Shown: positions 1 to 12,340, counted from the first letter of the stretch. The stretch is DNA of 64,000 bases from Paraphysomonas bandaiensis (GCA_965644295.1 CBFFRP010000125.1:124001-188000), one strand, 5' to 3'. Numbers and translations are program-made. The notes: generated by a model from the letters alone, not told the origin.

Positions 1-172
1 TCCATTGGAAGCTATGGGAAGAATTCTAGAGTATTTCACTGTATTCTGCCCCACCCTATCTATGTATATACGCCAATATATTGTAAGTCTACGTACTTCT
101 AGTCTCTGAATATATCATACAATCTTCTCGGCTACATCTAGACTCCACCAACACCAGTCGCTTACTGGGAAA

Positions 173-852
173 ATGCTGTCGATACACAGTGTTTTATTTA
201 GATGTTTTCTATTGATTTCTATATTATCATCAGTAGTTTCGAAGAAAAACAGTGCTGTAGATGTCCCATCACTCACCTCAGCCAATGCTGATGAATTTCT
301 TTCTAAAAAACTTGTTTTGATTGAATTTTATGCTCCATGGTATGTACATATATGTGAAGACTCTATATGTTGTTAGCTACTGTCAGGTGTGGTGCATGTC
401 AGAATTTTGAGAGGACTTATACCTTGATTGCAAAAGCACTTCAGCCTGATGGCTTCGTCGTTGTTAAAGTGAATATTGACGAAAATCAAGCACTTGCTTC
501 ACGGTTTGCTCTACGTCACATCCCGGCGGTGTACCTTATTCGCGAGGGTAGCACTTACAGTTATGATGGACCAACCACTTTCGACGCGGTTGTCAACTTT
601 GCCAGGTCAGAGTATCGTGAATCGCAGCCTATATCATACCTGGTGAGTCCCATGGGGCCCATAGGAATAGCGAAAGGGATGCTGGTTCGGATTGGAATTG
701 CTATGGTGAACATACAACCGTATATCATGGAGAAATTGGGATTGTCTCAATTTGCTTCGTATGCTATCACAGCGCTCACTTTTGGCTTCGTTCTTTTTTT
801 GATCATATTTGTTGCAGTGTACATACACCTTTCACACGAGAAAATTGATTAA
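173..852 (+). CDS. Thioredoxin-related transmembrane protein (TMX-like)
   Basis: Signal peptide; FYAPW|CGAC thioredoxin motif restored by a short intron (~340-387); C-terminal TM helix and EKID tail. Confidence 0.85.
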
Positions 853-1316
853 ATGTATGGAGTATTAGTTACAGTTCAAGTTCGCTCTGGTTGTAATATA
901 CATATGTTTGTGCAAAATAGAAAGTGTAGCCCTATTGTAACAGAACGAATGTATTGATAGTTGTACTTGAGTTGGCTTGGCATAGCTGAGCATTTTGTAC
1001 CAGCGTACTTGTGTTGAAATACCTTCCTACTGTGCGGACATATCATAACACGACTACTATGAATGGTTTAGGTTCATGTATGTGGTTTGAGTACTCTAGA
1101 AAGTACAACAGAGATATAAGCTACACACTGATGTCCTCATGTCGTATCCACCTATAATGCCTACAATAGTAATACCCGTCTTTAACCCATGCAGCCTAAT
1201 GCCTAATAGCCCGAATTTATTGACTTGCGTTATACATTCTACTATTGAGTAGCTACAAACACAATTCATATTTCTAGTGGGTTACGAAGGATAAGCGATA
1301 CAGAGAATTGACAACA

Positions 1317-2564
1317 TTAGTTGTTTCGACGCTTTATCGTGCTTTTGCGCATTAGAGTGTCTTTTCCTTGCCATAACTGATCACTCGCACTCATCAATCT
1401 AACACCTTTGTGATACGTAACAAACATCCAACGTGCCAAGTATACATGTAGACATATATACACACAGAGCAATATCCAAAATATCTTTGCATCAACTGAT
1501 CTCAAAGTGTTGTCATTTTCGAAAAGTCGGGGCACTACAGTAACTTCGATACCCAACAAAAACATTCCAAACAGCATAATTAACACGTATTTGTCCAGAA
1601 AAGTTAAATACGATATTGGGGGGAGCCCCTGGGAAGCCACAAACTTGAAAGCTACGGCAGTCAATATCATTGTCATCACAATCGCTAAACGGTCATTGAT
1701 TTCTTCTGGAGGAAGAGCAAAGCATGTTAAGGTAAGGCCACTGATTAAACTGAACGGTATCATGATATTCCAAATGTAGAATCCCGCCTTCCGGCGCACA
1801 GGCAGGGTCAGTGTGTAAGTCGGGTGCTGTGATGCTGTAAACGTATTGTTGGCCTCTGCTAAATCAAAGGGGTAATGCACTTCCCACTCAGGCATCATGT
1901 CCCCCACTCTCTGACTGATAGTGTTGCGATACTTCCATCCTCCAGCATCCTGAAGCGCGAAGTTCACAGAACGGAATGGTGCACAGCCATGCTCTTGCTC
2001 AGAAAGCACAATCTGCAGACTCTGAGCATCAAAGGGAAAGTCGTGCAAGTCTAATGGCTGACGAAATGTGCCACGCAAACGTTTTTCGAGGACTACTTTC
2101 CCTATCTTGGGGTCCGCAAGATAGGCACGCTGTCTATACCCGCCACCACCAAGTTTGATGTTGAAACGGATTGCCTCCTTCGATAATTGGGTCACATCCA
2201 ATGGTTGAACTAAATACTCTGACTCATGAAGCTCGGATAAATTCTGACATAGAATAACTGGAGACCAAGTCTCATTCCAGTCTGGCTGCAATTCTGTTCC
2301 TAGCTCAACAAAATCCTCATGGTCACCTTCCCACGCTCCCACATTTTTCCCTTTCTGAACACATGTCGCATCCGGACGACACAAAGTCGTATCAATCCAA
2401 GACACGAAAAAGAGTACATCTGCACAAAATGTGGAGCTTGCTGCATTGATATCAGATACACTGAATACTCGATAGCCTATTGTCACATTCATGTCCTCTT
2501 CTACCTGCTCGACATGTGCTGGCTGAATAGGTGTGACTTTCACATTACCGTCGATTGATCTCAT
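1317..2564 (-). CDS. Cys-less pentameric ligand-gated ion channel (GLIC/ELIC-like)
   Basis: Intronless ORF. DLHDFPFDAQ Pro-loop, W-x-P motif, RR..FYIWNIMIP M1, DRLAIVMTMILTAVAF M2, LPPISYLTFLDKY M2-M3, four TM helices. Confidence 0.85.
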   Translation of the reverse strand: MRSIDGNVKVTPIQPAHVEQVEEDMNVTIGYRVFSVSDINAASSTFCADVLFFVSWIDTTLCRPDATCVQKGKNVGAWEGDHEDFVELGTELQPDWNETWSPVILCQNLSELHESEYLVQPLDVTQLSKEAIRFNIKLGGGGYRQRAYLADPKIGKVVLEKRLRGTFRQPLDLHDFPFDAQSLQIVLSEQEHGCAPFRSVNFALQDAGGWKYRNTISQRVGDMMPEWEVHYPFDLAEANNTFTASQHPTYTLTLPVRRKAGFYIWNIMIPFSLISGLTLTCFALPPEEINDRLAIVMTMILTAVAFKFVASQGLPPISYLTFLDKYVLIMLFGMFLLGIEVTVVPRLFENDNTLRSVDAKIFWILLCVYICLHVYLARWMFVTYHKGVRLMSASDQLWQGKDTLMRKSTIKRRNN

Positions 2565-3217
2565 CACAGCAGTATTCCAGTATACGTTGCGTAAAACAGG
2601 CTTCGTTACACAGTGAAAAGTGGGCTATCACTTATAAGGCTCTCATTGTATTCCTGTTATTGATATTAGCCCAATGGAGAGGTGACTACAGACACAGTCA
2701 TTCACCTATAGACACAGTCGCTTCGTAGACTGATAATACATACACAACAATCAATAGTTCACGAACCCATCGCTACAATACAATGAGGGGAGTAGACCAC
2801 AACGAATCCACTCGCTCTCTTGGATTGTTTTGACTGTGGTGTCGATCAGCACAAGTGAGACCCACTTCGCCCAGACGACAGCAGGACAGTATCATTGTAT
2901 GTACTTTATGTATTCCGTTGTAGTCATGGAATACATTGGAATGTCAGAGACTGCTGTATTGTGGTCATGCAGTGTACGTAGTATACAAGAGGTACTCTCA
3001 TCAACATATACCATGTATGTAGGCAGGTTTACGTACATGCTGTGATGTGGTGTATGCCGTATGATGTGAAGTAGAAGTAGGAAGTAGGAGTGTTTATCTC
3101 ATGTGTATGTATATCTCTTCATAACATGTGTACTACTAGATACCATCAGCCCTCATCTTAAGTATTTGTGTACAATGTATTGAATTGAAGTTATTAGTCA
3201 ACAGGATATCAATACAA

Positions 3218-6200
3218 ATGCAAGTTTCAGACCGAGAAGCATTGCTTGAGAAGAAGCAAGCATTAGAGAGTCAACTGCATGATCTCATTGGCCCCCCTCT
3301 ACCTTCTAAAGGGAAGTTTTCATCAACGAAGAGAGAAGCTCACTGGGATCATGTTTTAAAAGAGCTGGTGAGTGAATTTGACCTACTTTGTACTGTTGAC
3401 TCTTTCTTGTAGGTGTGGCTTGCAAATGATTTCTCAAAAGAGAGACTGCGACACAAGTCTGCAGCAAAGAAGCTGAGTAAGGCAGTGGATGCATATCATA
3501 GCACAAAGGAAATAAGAATTGCTAAGAAAATTAAGGTAAAGCCTAGACTACATGAATGCTTCGGTTTTAACTTGTCTGAATACTTGCTCAGGATGATTTG
3601 GTACAGAACAAACGTACTGCAGCCAAGATTGCGAGAGAAGTATCAAAGTTCTGGTTAAAAATTAACAAAGTTGTGACCTTTAAGCAGAAAGGAGAAGCAG
3701 ATGAAGCCAGACAAAAGGTTTTCGTACACGAGATGTATTTATTGTCTGTGCTGTGTTTCTTCTGATTGTAAATATAGAATCCATTTTCTGATATTTGTGA
3801 TACCAGGCAATGGATAAGCATTTGGTTTTCTTAGTGAAGCAAACCGAGCGCTACACACGTATGCTGGTGTCGAACATGGAGCAAGGAGGTTCACTTGGAC
3901 TAAATATACAGCGTGCAGGGTCGCCACGTCCTCCGAGTGCTTCTAAGAAACGACGATTACTAACCGATAGGGCCGGTCAAGAAGAGTGCAGCCACAGTGG
4001 AAGCCCTTCTATGAGAACACCCAAGCACATGCATGATAATGCAAGTGGTTTTGAAGATGATGCACTAGATATTGCATTCAATGATGATAGCGATGCTAGC
4101 AGTGGAGAATTCGAGTTTGAGAATGAGCCGGATGATGAGAGTACTCTTATAGAAGCAGAAGATCACGAGGCTTCGGAAGGAGCTGACAAGGAGGCCGAGA
4201 TAGCAATGCTTAAGAATGAGTCGGAGATTCCAATTGAGCAATTACGGGCCATGTACGGTGGTATGGAGGGTGCTAGTGCTAGTGATAGCAATGCTGAAGG
4301 CGGGAGTGACAGTGAGGAAGATATGAGTCTGAGTGGTAGGCGTCGGACTCGAGTAACGGGTGCGGGTAGCAGCTCCTCTGTGGGTGATGTTGATGGTGGA
4401 ATGATTAGTGATGATAGCGATGCTAGCAGTGGAGAATTCGAGTTTGAGAATGAGCCGGATGATGAGAGTACTCTTATAGAAGCAGAAGATCACGAGGCTT
4501 CGGAAGGAGCTGACAAGGAGGCCGAGATAGCAATGCTTAAGAATGAGTCGGAGATTCCAATTGAGCAATTACGGGCCATGTACGGTGGTATGGAGGGTGC
4601 TAGTGCTAGTGATAGCAATGCTGAAGGCGGGAGTGACAGTGAGGAAGATATGAGTCTGAGTGGTAGGCGTCGGACTCGAGTAACGGGTGCGGGTAGCAGC
4701 TCCTCTGTGGGTGATGTTGATGGTGGAATGATTAGTGATGATAGCGATGCTAGCAGTGGAGAATTCGAGTTTGAGAATGAGCCGGATGATGAGAGTACTC
4801 TTATAGAAGCAGAAGATCACGAGGCTTCGGAAGGAGCTGACAAGGAGGCCGAGATAGCAATGCTTAAGAATGAGTCGGAGATTCCAATTGAGCAATTACG
4901 GGCCATGTACGGTGGTATGGAGGGTGCTAGTGCTAGTGATAGCAATGCTGAAGGCGGGAGTGACAGTGAGGAAGATATGAGTCTGAGTGGTAGGCGCCGG
5001 ACTCGAGTAACGGGTGCGGGTAGCAGCTCCTCTGTGGGTGATGTTGATGGTGGAATGATTAGTGATGATAGCGATGCTAGCAGTGGAGAATTCGAGTTTG
5101 AGAATGAGCCGGATGATGAGAGTACTCTTATAGAAGCAGAAGATCACGAGGCTTCGGAAGGAGCTGACAAGGAGGCCGAGATAGCAATGCTTAAGAATGA
5201 GTCGGAGATTCCAATTGAGCAATTACGGGCCATGTACGGTGGTATGGAGGGTGCTAGTGCTAGTGATAGCAATGCTGAAGGCGGGAGTGACAGTGAGGAA
5301 GATATGAGTCTGAGTGGTAGGCGCCGGACTCGAGTAACGGGTGCGGGTAGCAGCTCCTCTGTGGGTGATGTTGATGGTGGAATGATTAGTGATGATAGCG
5401 ATGCTAGCAGTGGAGAATTCGAGTTTGAGAATGAGCCGGATGATGAGAGTACTCTTATAGAAGCAGAAGATCACGAGGCTTCGGAAGGAGCTGATAAGGA
5501 GGCCGAGATAGCAATGCTTAAGAATGAGTCGGAGATTCCAATTGAGCAATTACGGGCCATGTACGGTGGTATGGAGGGTGCTAGTGATAGTGAGAGTGAC
5601 TCTAGAAGTCATTGTGATGTGATGGAGTTAGATAATAGTGATCGTGAGTTTGAAACGAAGAAGAAAGTTGCGAGGCGTAAGCGGTCATCAGTTGATGTGT
5701 CTGCTATAGATGAAGGGCAGAATGGTGTAGATGGCGCTCTTCAGAGACTTGAGAATGCAGACAAAGAAGCTCGTTCTGTTCATGTCAGTGTTTTGTTTGT
5801 GTAATGGCTTGACTATACTGATGTTCATATATATTCAGGTTGATCTTCCGTTCATACTATCGAGCCGATTATCCTTGCGAGAGTACCAGCATATCGGCCT
5901 CAACTGGTTAGTATCCCTTCATGAACGTAGACTCAATGGTATCCTAGCTGACGAGATGGGGCTTGTGAGTACTTAATCTTAGAAATGCATTGTACTTACA
6001 CTGCTGGCAGGGGAAGGCTCAACCTTACGACTGTAAAGTGCTAACACCAACTGGGTGGCGGGAGATTGGATCTCTGTCTGTTGGTGAACGCGTTGTCGGT
6101 CGGGATGGGTGTTCTACTACAGTAACAGGGGTCTATCCCAGAGGAATCAGACAGACATACCGTGTAGAGTTCGATGATGGGTTCGGTGTTGAGGTATCCG

Positions 6201-9200
6201 ATGATCACCTTTGGCAGGTATACGATCCCTCAGTAGGATCCACTGTGCTTTCCACCAAGCAAATTGTCAGTGGAGGTAGTGTCACGCGCTGGTATATACC
6301 TTTGGTCGAGCCTGTGATTTACGAATGCTTGAACGTTAAGCTGGATGTTGACCCGTATGTTGCTGGTGTTCTTGTCCAGTGCGGTAGCATTAATAGTGGC
6401 AAAGCGTCTTTTATAGTTCATAAGCATGATAAACACCACTTCTGGAGCCAGTTGTCAAAATATCATGAGAGTCATGTCAATATCTCTTGTAATGAGAATA
6501 CTGATATGGTGACTATTGAATGCTCTGGACTGAACTGGGGAGATGTTGACGGTGTGTCTGAAAGTAATAATATGCGCGTTGTGAAAGGCATACGTCGGAA
6601 GTATCTGCAGAGTTCCGTTGCAGATCGCACAAACCTCCTTCAAGGTGTATGTGATGTTGCCGGATACACGGACATTCATGGTGATGTTATAGTGGTGACA
6701 TCAGCTTCTATTGCCAGTGATATTGTCGAGTTGGTGCAGTCTCTGGGGGGGGTAGCCAGGTTACTAACAACATCTGAAGGGTCTGTTCAAATCACACTGC
6801 GAATGCCTGTCGATATATGTCCCTATTTTTTGTCCAGAAAGGCACAGGAGTTTGTAAAAGTAGCACCTCGCTGCAAGCCCTCGAGATATATCAAATCGAT
6901 TTCACCTATGCGAATGACCGATGTTATGTGCATTTCTGTGGATGCTTCAGACCATTTATACGTTACTGAGCACTTCATTGTGACGCATAACACTATACAG
7001 GTGGGAGTGTAGTTGGTATTAGAATGAAAAATAACTCAACAGTTGTATTAGACTATAGCTTTATTGGCATATTTGGCGACATTTCGTGGTCTCTGGGGAC
7101 CCCATCTCATTGTTGTGCCCACAAGTTGTTTAATAAATTGGGAAATTGAGTTCAAACGATGGTATAGTTTGCAGCGCATATGTCTAATTTGATGCAGTGA
7201 CGTATACGTTTACGACAGGTGTCCAGCATTCAAAGTTCTCACTTACTATGGCTCCCAAAAAACTAGAAAAGCGCTTCGCACGGGATGGTCGAAGCTAAAC
7301 TCCTTTCACATTTGCATCACATCCTATCAAGTAGTGGTGCAGGATTCATCGTCGTTCAGGAGAAAACGGTGGTACTACATGATATTGGACGAAGCTCACA
7401 ATATCAAGGTGATGTGGATTTTGCAGTTGTAATAACTAACGCTTTCGTGTTTACAGAATTTTAAATCTCAACGATGGCAAACATTGTTGAATTATAATAC
7501 TCAGAGACGCTTGCTCTTGACTGGAACTCCCCTGCAGAACAATCTGATGGAGCTTTGGTCGTTGATGCATTTTCTCATGCCCCATATATTTCGATCAAGA
7601 AAGGTCTGTATGAAACGAGTACGCTCCGTGGTGTTATGTTTCTTATGTAGGAATTTTCATATTGGTTCAATAATCCACTTAGTGGCATGGTTGAAGGTAA
7701 CCGAGGCATTAATAACGACATCATATCTCGTCTGCATGGCATTATGCGACCCTTTCTGCTCAGAAGACTCAAAAAGGACGTAGCGAAGCAGCTACCTCCT
7801 AAGTACGAGCATGTAGTAATGTGCAAGCTTTCCAAGCGACAGGCCTTTTTGTACGAAGAGTTCATGTCGCGGTCGTCAACCAGGGCACTTATGAGTGGCG
7901 GCAACTACATGGGGATGATGAATATACTGATGCAATTAAGAAAGGTTAACTTCCACAAAACTGTTCGTCTGATATTTTAAACCTTCACACAGGTCTGCAA
8001 CCATCCAGATTTGTTTGAGCCTCGCCCAATAGTCTCCCCATTTAGAATAGAAAGCCTTCAGTATAAAGTAAGCTCTCTTACCTTTTGTCCGGAAGTTCTG
8101 GATTTCAACTGTACATTGGGAAATCTTTCTATGTTCGAATATGACCACTTTGCAAGAACGAATATATATGAGTTATCTGCGTCATCTATACCACGTGTTG
8201 AGATAGATGATGTGAATATGGATATAGATGTCCCTACCGCTCTCAGGCATGTCAAATATCGTGCATTCGTGGATGCTTACACGAATCGAATAAAAAATGA
8301 AGTAAACTTCAGGTTGAAGCGAAACACCGATATATCATCTAGACGGTGTGATATGATAAATTGCTCACTTTCATATAACTGGAGAGTGGAAAGGGCTTGC
8401 AATATTGGGCCAAGTGTCGTAGAAAAGGCTTTTCTAAGCAGGAAAAATAGTCTTATTGCTCGGGATACCCCATTGTGTTGGAGGAGGCTCGTTCGAACTT
8501 CACACGAAAGAGCGGCAGACATGTACGATGTGGTGTCTAGGTTTGTGTTTGTGCTCCCAAAGGCCATCAGCGACGGTCCCCAGATAGTGCTTAGCAGAAT
8601 TTCCTCAAGAATGATAGCACCAGTTATTCAAAGAACCCTGATCGATGTAGACTCTCCTTTGAGAAAAAAAATACAAGCAGACCTCAATGTATATTACGCC
8701 TCATACATTCGTCAACGAATATATTTTCCTGATAGAAAATTAGTTCAGTTTGACAGCGGGAAGTTGCAGGCGCTTTGTGTGCTCCTGAGGCGTCTCAAGA
8801 AGGGTGGACATAAGTGTCTTATATTTACTCAAATGTCAAAAATGTTAGACATATTGGAAATATTTTTAAATTTACATGGGCACACCTATGTCCGTCTTGA
8901 TGGGTCGACTGGCGTTGAGAAGAGACAGCGTCTCATGGATCGGTTCAACACGGACCCTAAGTTGTTTTGCTTTATACTGTCTACTCGAAGCGGAGGCTTG
9001 GGAATAAATTTAACTGGAGCTGACTCGGTTATATTCTATGACAGTGACTGGAATCCTGCGATGGATGCTCAGGCGCAAGATCGAGCGCACCGCATAGGCC
9101 AGACCCGTGAAGTTCATATCTATCGCCTTGTGTGCCGTAGCACAGTTGAAGAAAACATTCTCACCAAAGCACGGCAAAAGAGGCACCTAGATTTTCTGGT

Positions 9201-11283
9201 CATGTCTGAGGGAGATTTCGACGTGGGATCGCTCTTTTCTGCTGGTAATCTTATGGATCTACTCGGGAATGGTGACTCGTCATCATCAGTTACATCTAAA
9301 TTAACGAAATCTCGTGGTACAATGGAGCAACGCCGAGAAATGGAAATGAACGTAGACGTGATTGATGTTGAAGCTGCTATGGCGGCTGTAGAGGACGAAG
9401 AGGACGTGACTGCAATGAAAGGCGCGAAGGCAGAAGCAGCAGAGGAAGCTGCAGAGTTTGACGAAAGTTCTAGTGTACCACAACTCCCTGAGGATGCGGA
9501 TGAAAAAGAAAGCAGTGCATTAGTGTCTCAAAAGTCAGTGAGCAAGGAAGATGACATGGAGGAAGAATTCGCTTCATGGCAGGCTTCAGTTGGCGCGAAG
9601 GACTTCGGAGCGCTGGAGGCAGCACTGAAGCCAGTTGAGCGATACGCACTTAATTTCCGAACTGTGATTGACCCCTACTACTCCCTGCACTACCTGTCCG
9701 AACAGCAGCGCTTAGATGAAATGCAGGCCGACGAAGCCTCCCAGGTATACTTGTTTCATGCGTTCTTGTCATGCTTTTGTGACAGTTGCGTCAGGGGTGG
9801 GATATCGAGACCATTGAAAAGGAAAAAGAAGAAGAGGAGTACAGAGCACTCGCTGATGGTGAACTGCTAGCTGTGAATCTTACTCGTCGAGAACTGTCCC
9901 GAGTTAAGTCTCTCTATTTGCAAGAGAAGTCCAAGCGACGTAAAGCTCGGAAACTTCGGCAGCTAACAGGGGAGGGATGGGTGCATTATATTGATGATCT
10001 TACAGGAACACCTTTCTGGTACAATGAAGATACTGGCGAAGCATCATATGGACAGCCTGATATTATCAAGCAGAGAGAAGTCCTCAAGGCCGCTATGGAA
10101 AGAAAGTACAATGCATTTCCTCTACCGCTCATCCTCAAGGTTCTATCGTATCTGGACCCTTATCCTGATAGAATTCGTTGCTCGTATGTATGTGCTAGGT
10201 GGAAGAAGGCGGCTTTCGACGAATCTTTCTACAAAACTGTGTTGTCGATTGAGTCAGGGGCACGAGATATATCTACTGTTGGGGGAAGTTCCTCTCAGGC
10301 TGATCTTGGAGATAATACTTTTACTTCTATTTCAGACGCTCTCGCCGCTGCTAAGCCTGGCGACACGATATCCCTGGGAAATGGTCATCATTGGGAGCCC
10401 TGCCTATTGTTTGACAAGCCTGTTAGGATTATAGGATCTGAGGATGACCCATCAAGAGTATGTGTGGAGGTTGCAGATGGAGTAGAGGTAGTACCAAAGG
10501 CGGGAAAGGTGGCCCTTATTGGCATCACGCTGATGCGGTCTCGACGAAATGCAATGCCGAAATCATTATTCACTGCTAAGGGCGTTACAGTTAGCGTAAG
10601 TTATATACTTCTGTATGTAATACGAACTTATAGATATCTTCAGATGATATCCTGTGTACTCAATAATGACAATGCGCCTGGAAGTTGTTTGTACTTAGAG
10701 AGCGGCGCAGAACTTAATATGCATAGCTGCACTGTTCAGGGGGGGAAAAGAGCGGGAATCACACTCCTCAATTCTTTGGTTACAGCCTTCTACACGAAGG
10801 TAATGTACTTAAATTATTATGTTGTGGGCTAACTTCGCTTCTCAGATTCACTTGAACGACGGTGCTGCAATATCTTGTGTAGGCAGTGCAGTGGTACTCG
10901 AAGATAGCCGTGTTATTCATAACTCTACTGCTGCACGGTGTAGCTTCAACAGTGCATGCTCAATGTCGTACTGCGACATCAAGGACAATAGCAGTAAGCC
11001 TGTTGCAGCTGATTTTAGCTCAACATTTTACAGTGGGAATTGCTCGGGAGATGTCAATGCGCTTGCTGAATTCAACTCCCGGGTTGTTGAGGTCTTGGGA
11101 GATGGGAGTGGTGTACCTCATGGAGAAAGCTTGCCAAGTGAAAAGGAATGCGTAAATGATAGAACTGATAGGAAAAAACGTGAGCATGGTTTTCTTGGAG
11201 ATAGTCCTGAGGACTGTGTGTTGAAGAAGGCACGCACAGATCATACAATAGACGATAGTGTTAGCTATTACTCTGAGGAATAG
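3218..11283 (+). CDS. SWR1: SWR1/SRCAP/PIE1-type Snf2 ATPase (multi-exon) with HSA domain, intein, and C-terminal WW/F-box/beta-helix extension
   Basis: HSA ([20 protein letters not shown]); [27 protein letters not shown]; ILDEAHNIK; [24 protein letters not shown]; split ATPase with insert; [15 protein letters not shown]; [25 protein letters not shown]. Exons join in frame through short GT-AG introns. Confidence 0.93.
4082..5586 (+). repeat. Coding tandem repeat, 327-bp unit x ~4.6 (109-aa acidic unit) inside SWR1
   Basis: Units start at 4082, 4409, 4736, 5063 and 5390. Near-identical, with synonymous variants CGT/CGC (copies 1-2 vs 3-4) and GAC/GAT (copy 5). Confidence 0.97.
6017..6991 (+). 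mobile_element. Class 3-type intein (325 aa) with degenerate LAGLIDADG homing endonuclease, inserted in SWR1 Walker A
   Basis: GK|[14 protein letters not shown] (block A); SDDHLW (block B); [12 protein letters not shown] and [10 protein letters not shown] (decayed LAGLIDADG motifs); VMCISVD..HLYVT (block F); IVTHN|T (block G). Removing it restores DEMGLGKTIQ. Confidence 0.95.
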
Positions 11284-12220
11284 TTACTAGATACAAATTT
11301 CCTAGAATAGCTGCAAATAGTTATCAACAACTGACGTAAAAAATATATGGACTACGTAATTTTGTGAATAGCTAATCAATTTTTAAGTAAACAGAAGAAG
11401 AATTCGTTGTAGAATAGTGAATCACTAGAATAACAAGAAACCATCATATTTAGTAGTTAATTTCTTATTGTTAGCAATAGACGTTTATCCCCATTTTGTC
11501 TCAAAAAATGCTTTTTTTGACCTGATTTGGGCTCAACAGGGCGCTCATATCAGCACCGGGCAAATATAGACATTCAACTTCAATATTCGGTTGAACAGAA
11601 GCTCACTTCTATCTTTATTATGATAATGACAGTCGCATGTACGTGATTTTATTATAGTACACAATTATAGAGAAACCACAATCATGAGCCAAATATCAAG
11701 AGCAGATCATCTAACACTCCAGGTTATATTCCATCTTTCGACTGCTGTATAAGTTCACAACGATGTCAGTGCAAGTGATCTGTCTTCATATCCAGGACTT
11801 CGAAACAACTTCAAGAATATTACAGGAGAGTTTAAGTACCATATCTGATGCTATATAGGTGGTTAGGGGCAGTGGCACCCAGTTCTTTCAGGGTTGGAGC
11901 CATATCATGCTTCTCAGGATATTGTGTGTCTCATATCATACACACATCCTTCGATAAGGTGCACTTGCAGAGGTAAAGCCTGCTGTATATAAATGTGATG
12001 ATGATGCTAATTAAGGCAATAAAAAGCCTCTCTTTCATCTTCAACTGTTTACATTTATCATCACACTTACAGTATACATATCATTCATTTGAAACTATAT
12101 GAGTTCTCATTTGTGTTATTAATGTTAATCAAGGAACATCTATTTCTTAGTACAGCAAGCATGCTACAAATAGCTATACAATCTAATATTAACTTTTCAA
12201 CGTCATGAGGATAAGCTACA

Positions 12221-12340
12221 ATTTAACCTAGGGATAAGGAGTATCGTCCCTTGTCTAAATTTTAAAACTCGGGCTTTTCGCCCTCGTTTCAAAATTTTGA
12301 GCGCGGGACGATATAGCCTCCTTATTGCCCGTGGTTAAAT
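12221..12340. mobile_element. ~120-bp imperfect palindromic (hairpin) element
   Basis: ATTTAACC..GGGATAAGGA..TATCGTCCC..AAATTTTAAAAC..GGGC-loop-GCCC..GTTTCAAAATTT..GGGACGATA..TCCTTATTGCCC..GGTTAAAT: arms are reverse complements. Confidence 0.7.

Noticed and set aside
4242-5549. Four identical 108-aa minus-strand ORFs
   Set aside because: Antisense shadows of the 327-bp coding repeat
4082-5586. CRISPR-like array
   Set aside because: No unique spacers; the units are long, in frame and coding; eukaryotic context
6011-7000. Insert as a group I/II intron or contamination
   Set aside because: It is in frame with complete intein blocks and is bounded by ordinary spliceosomal introns of the host gene
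11500-12200. Possible pseudogene fragment
   Set aside because: No recognisable motif
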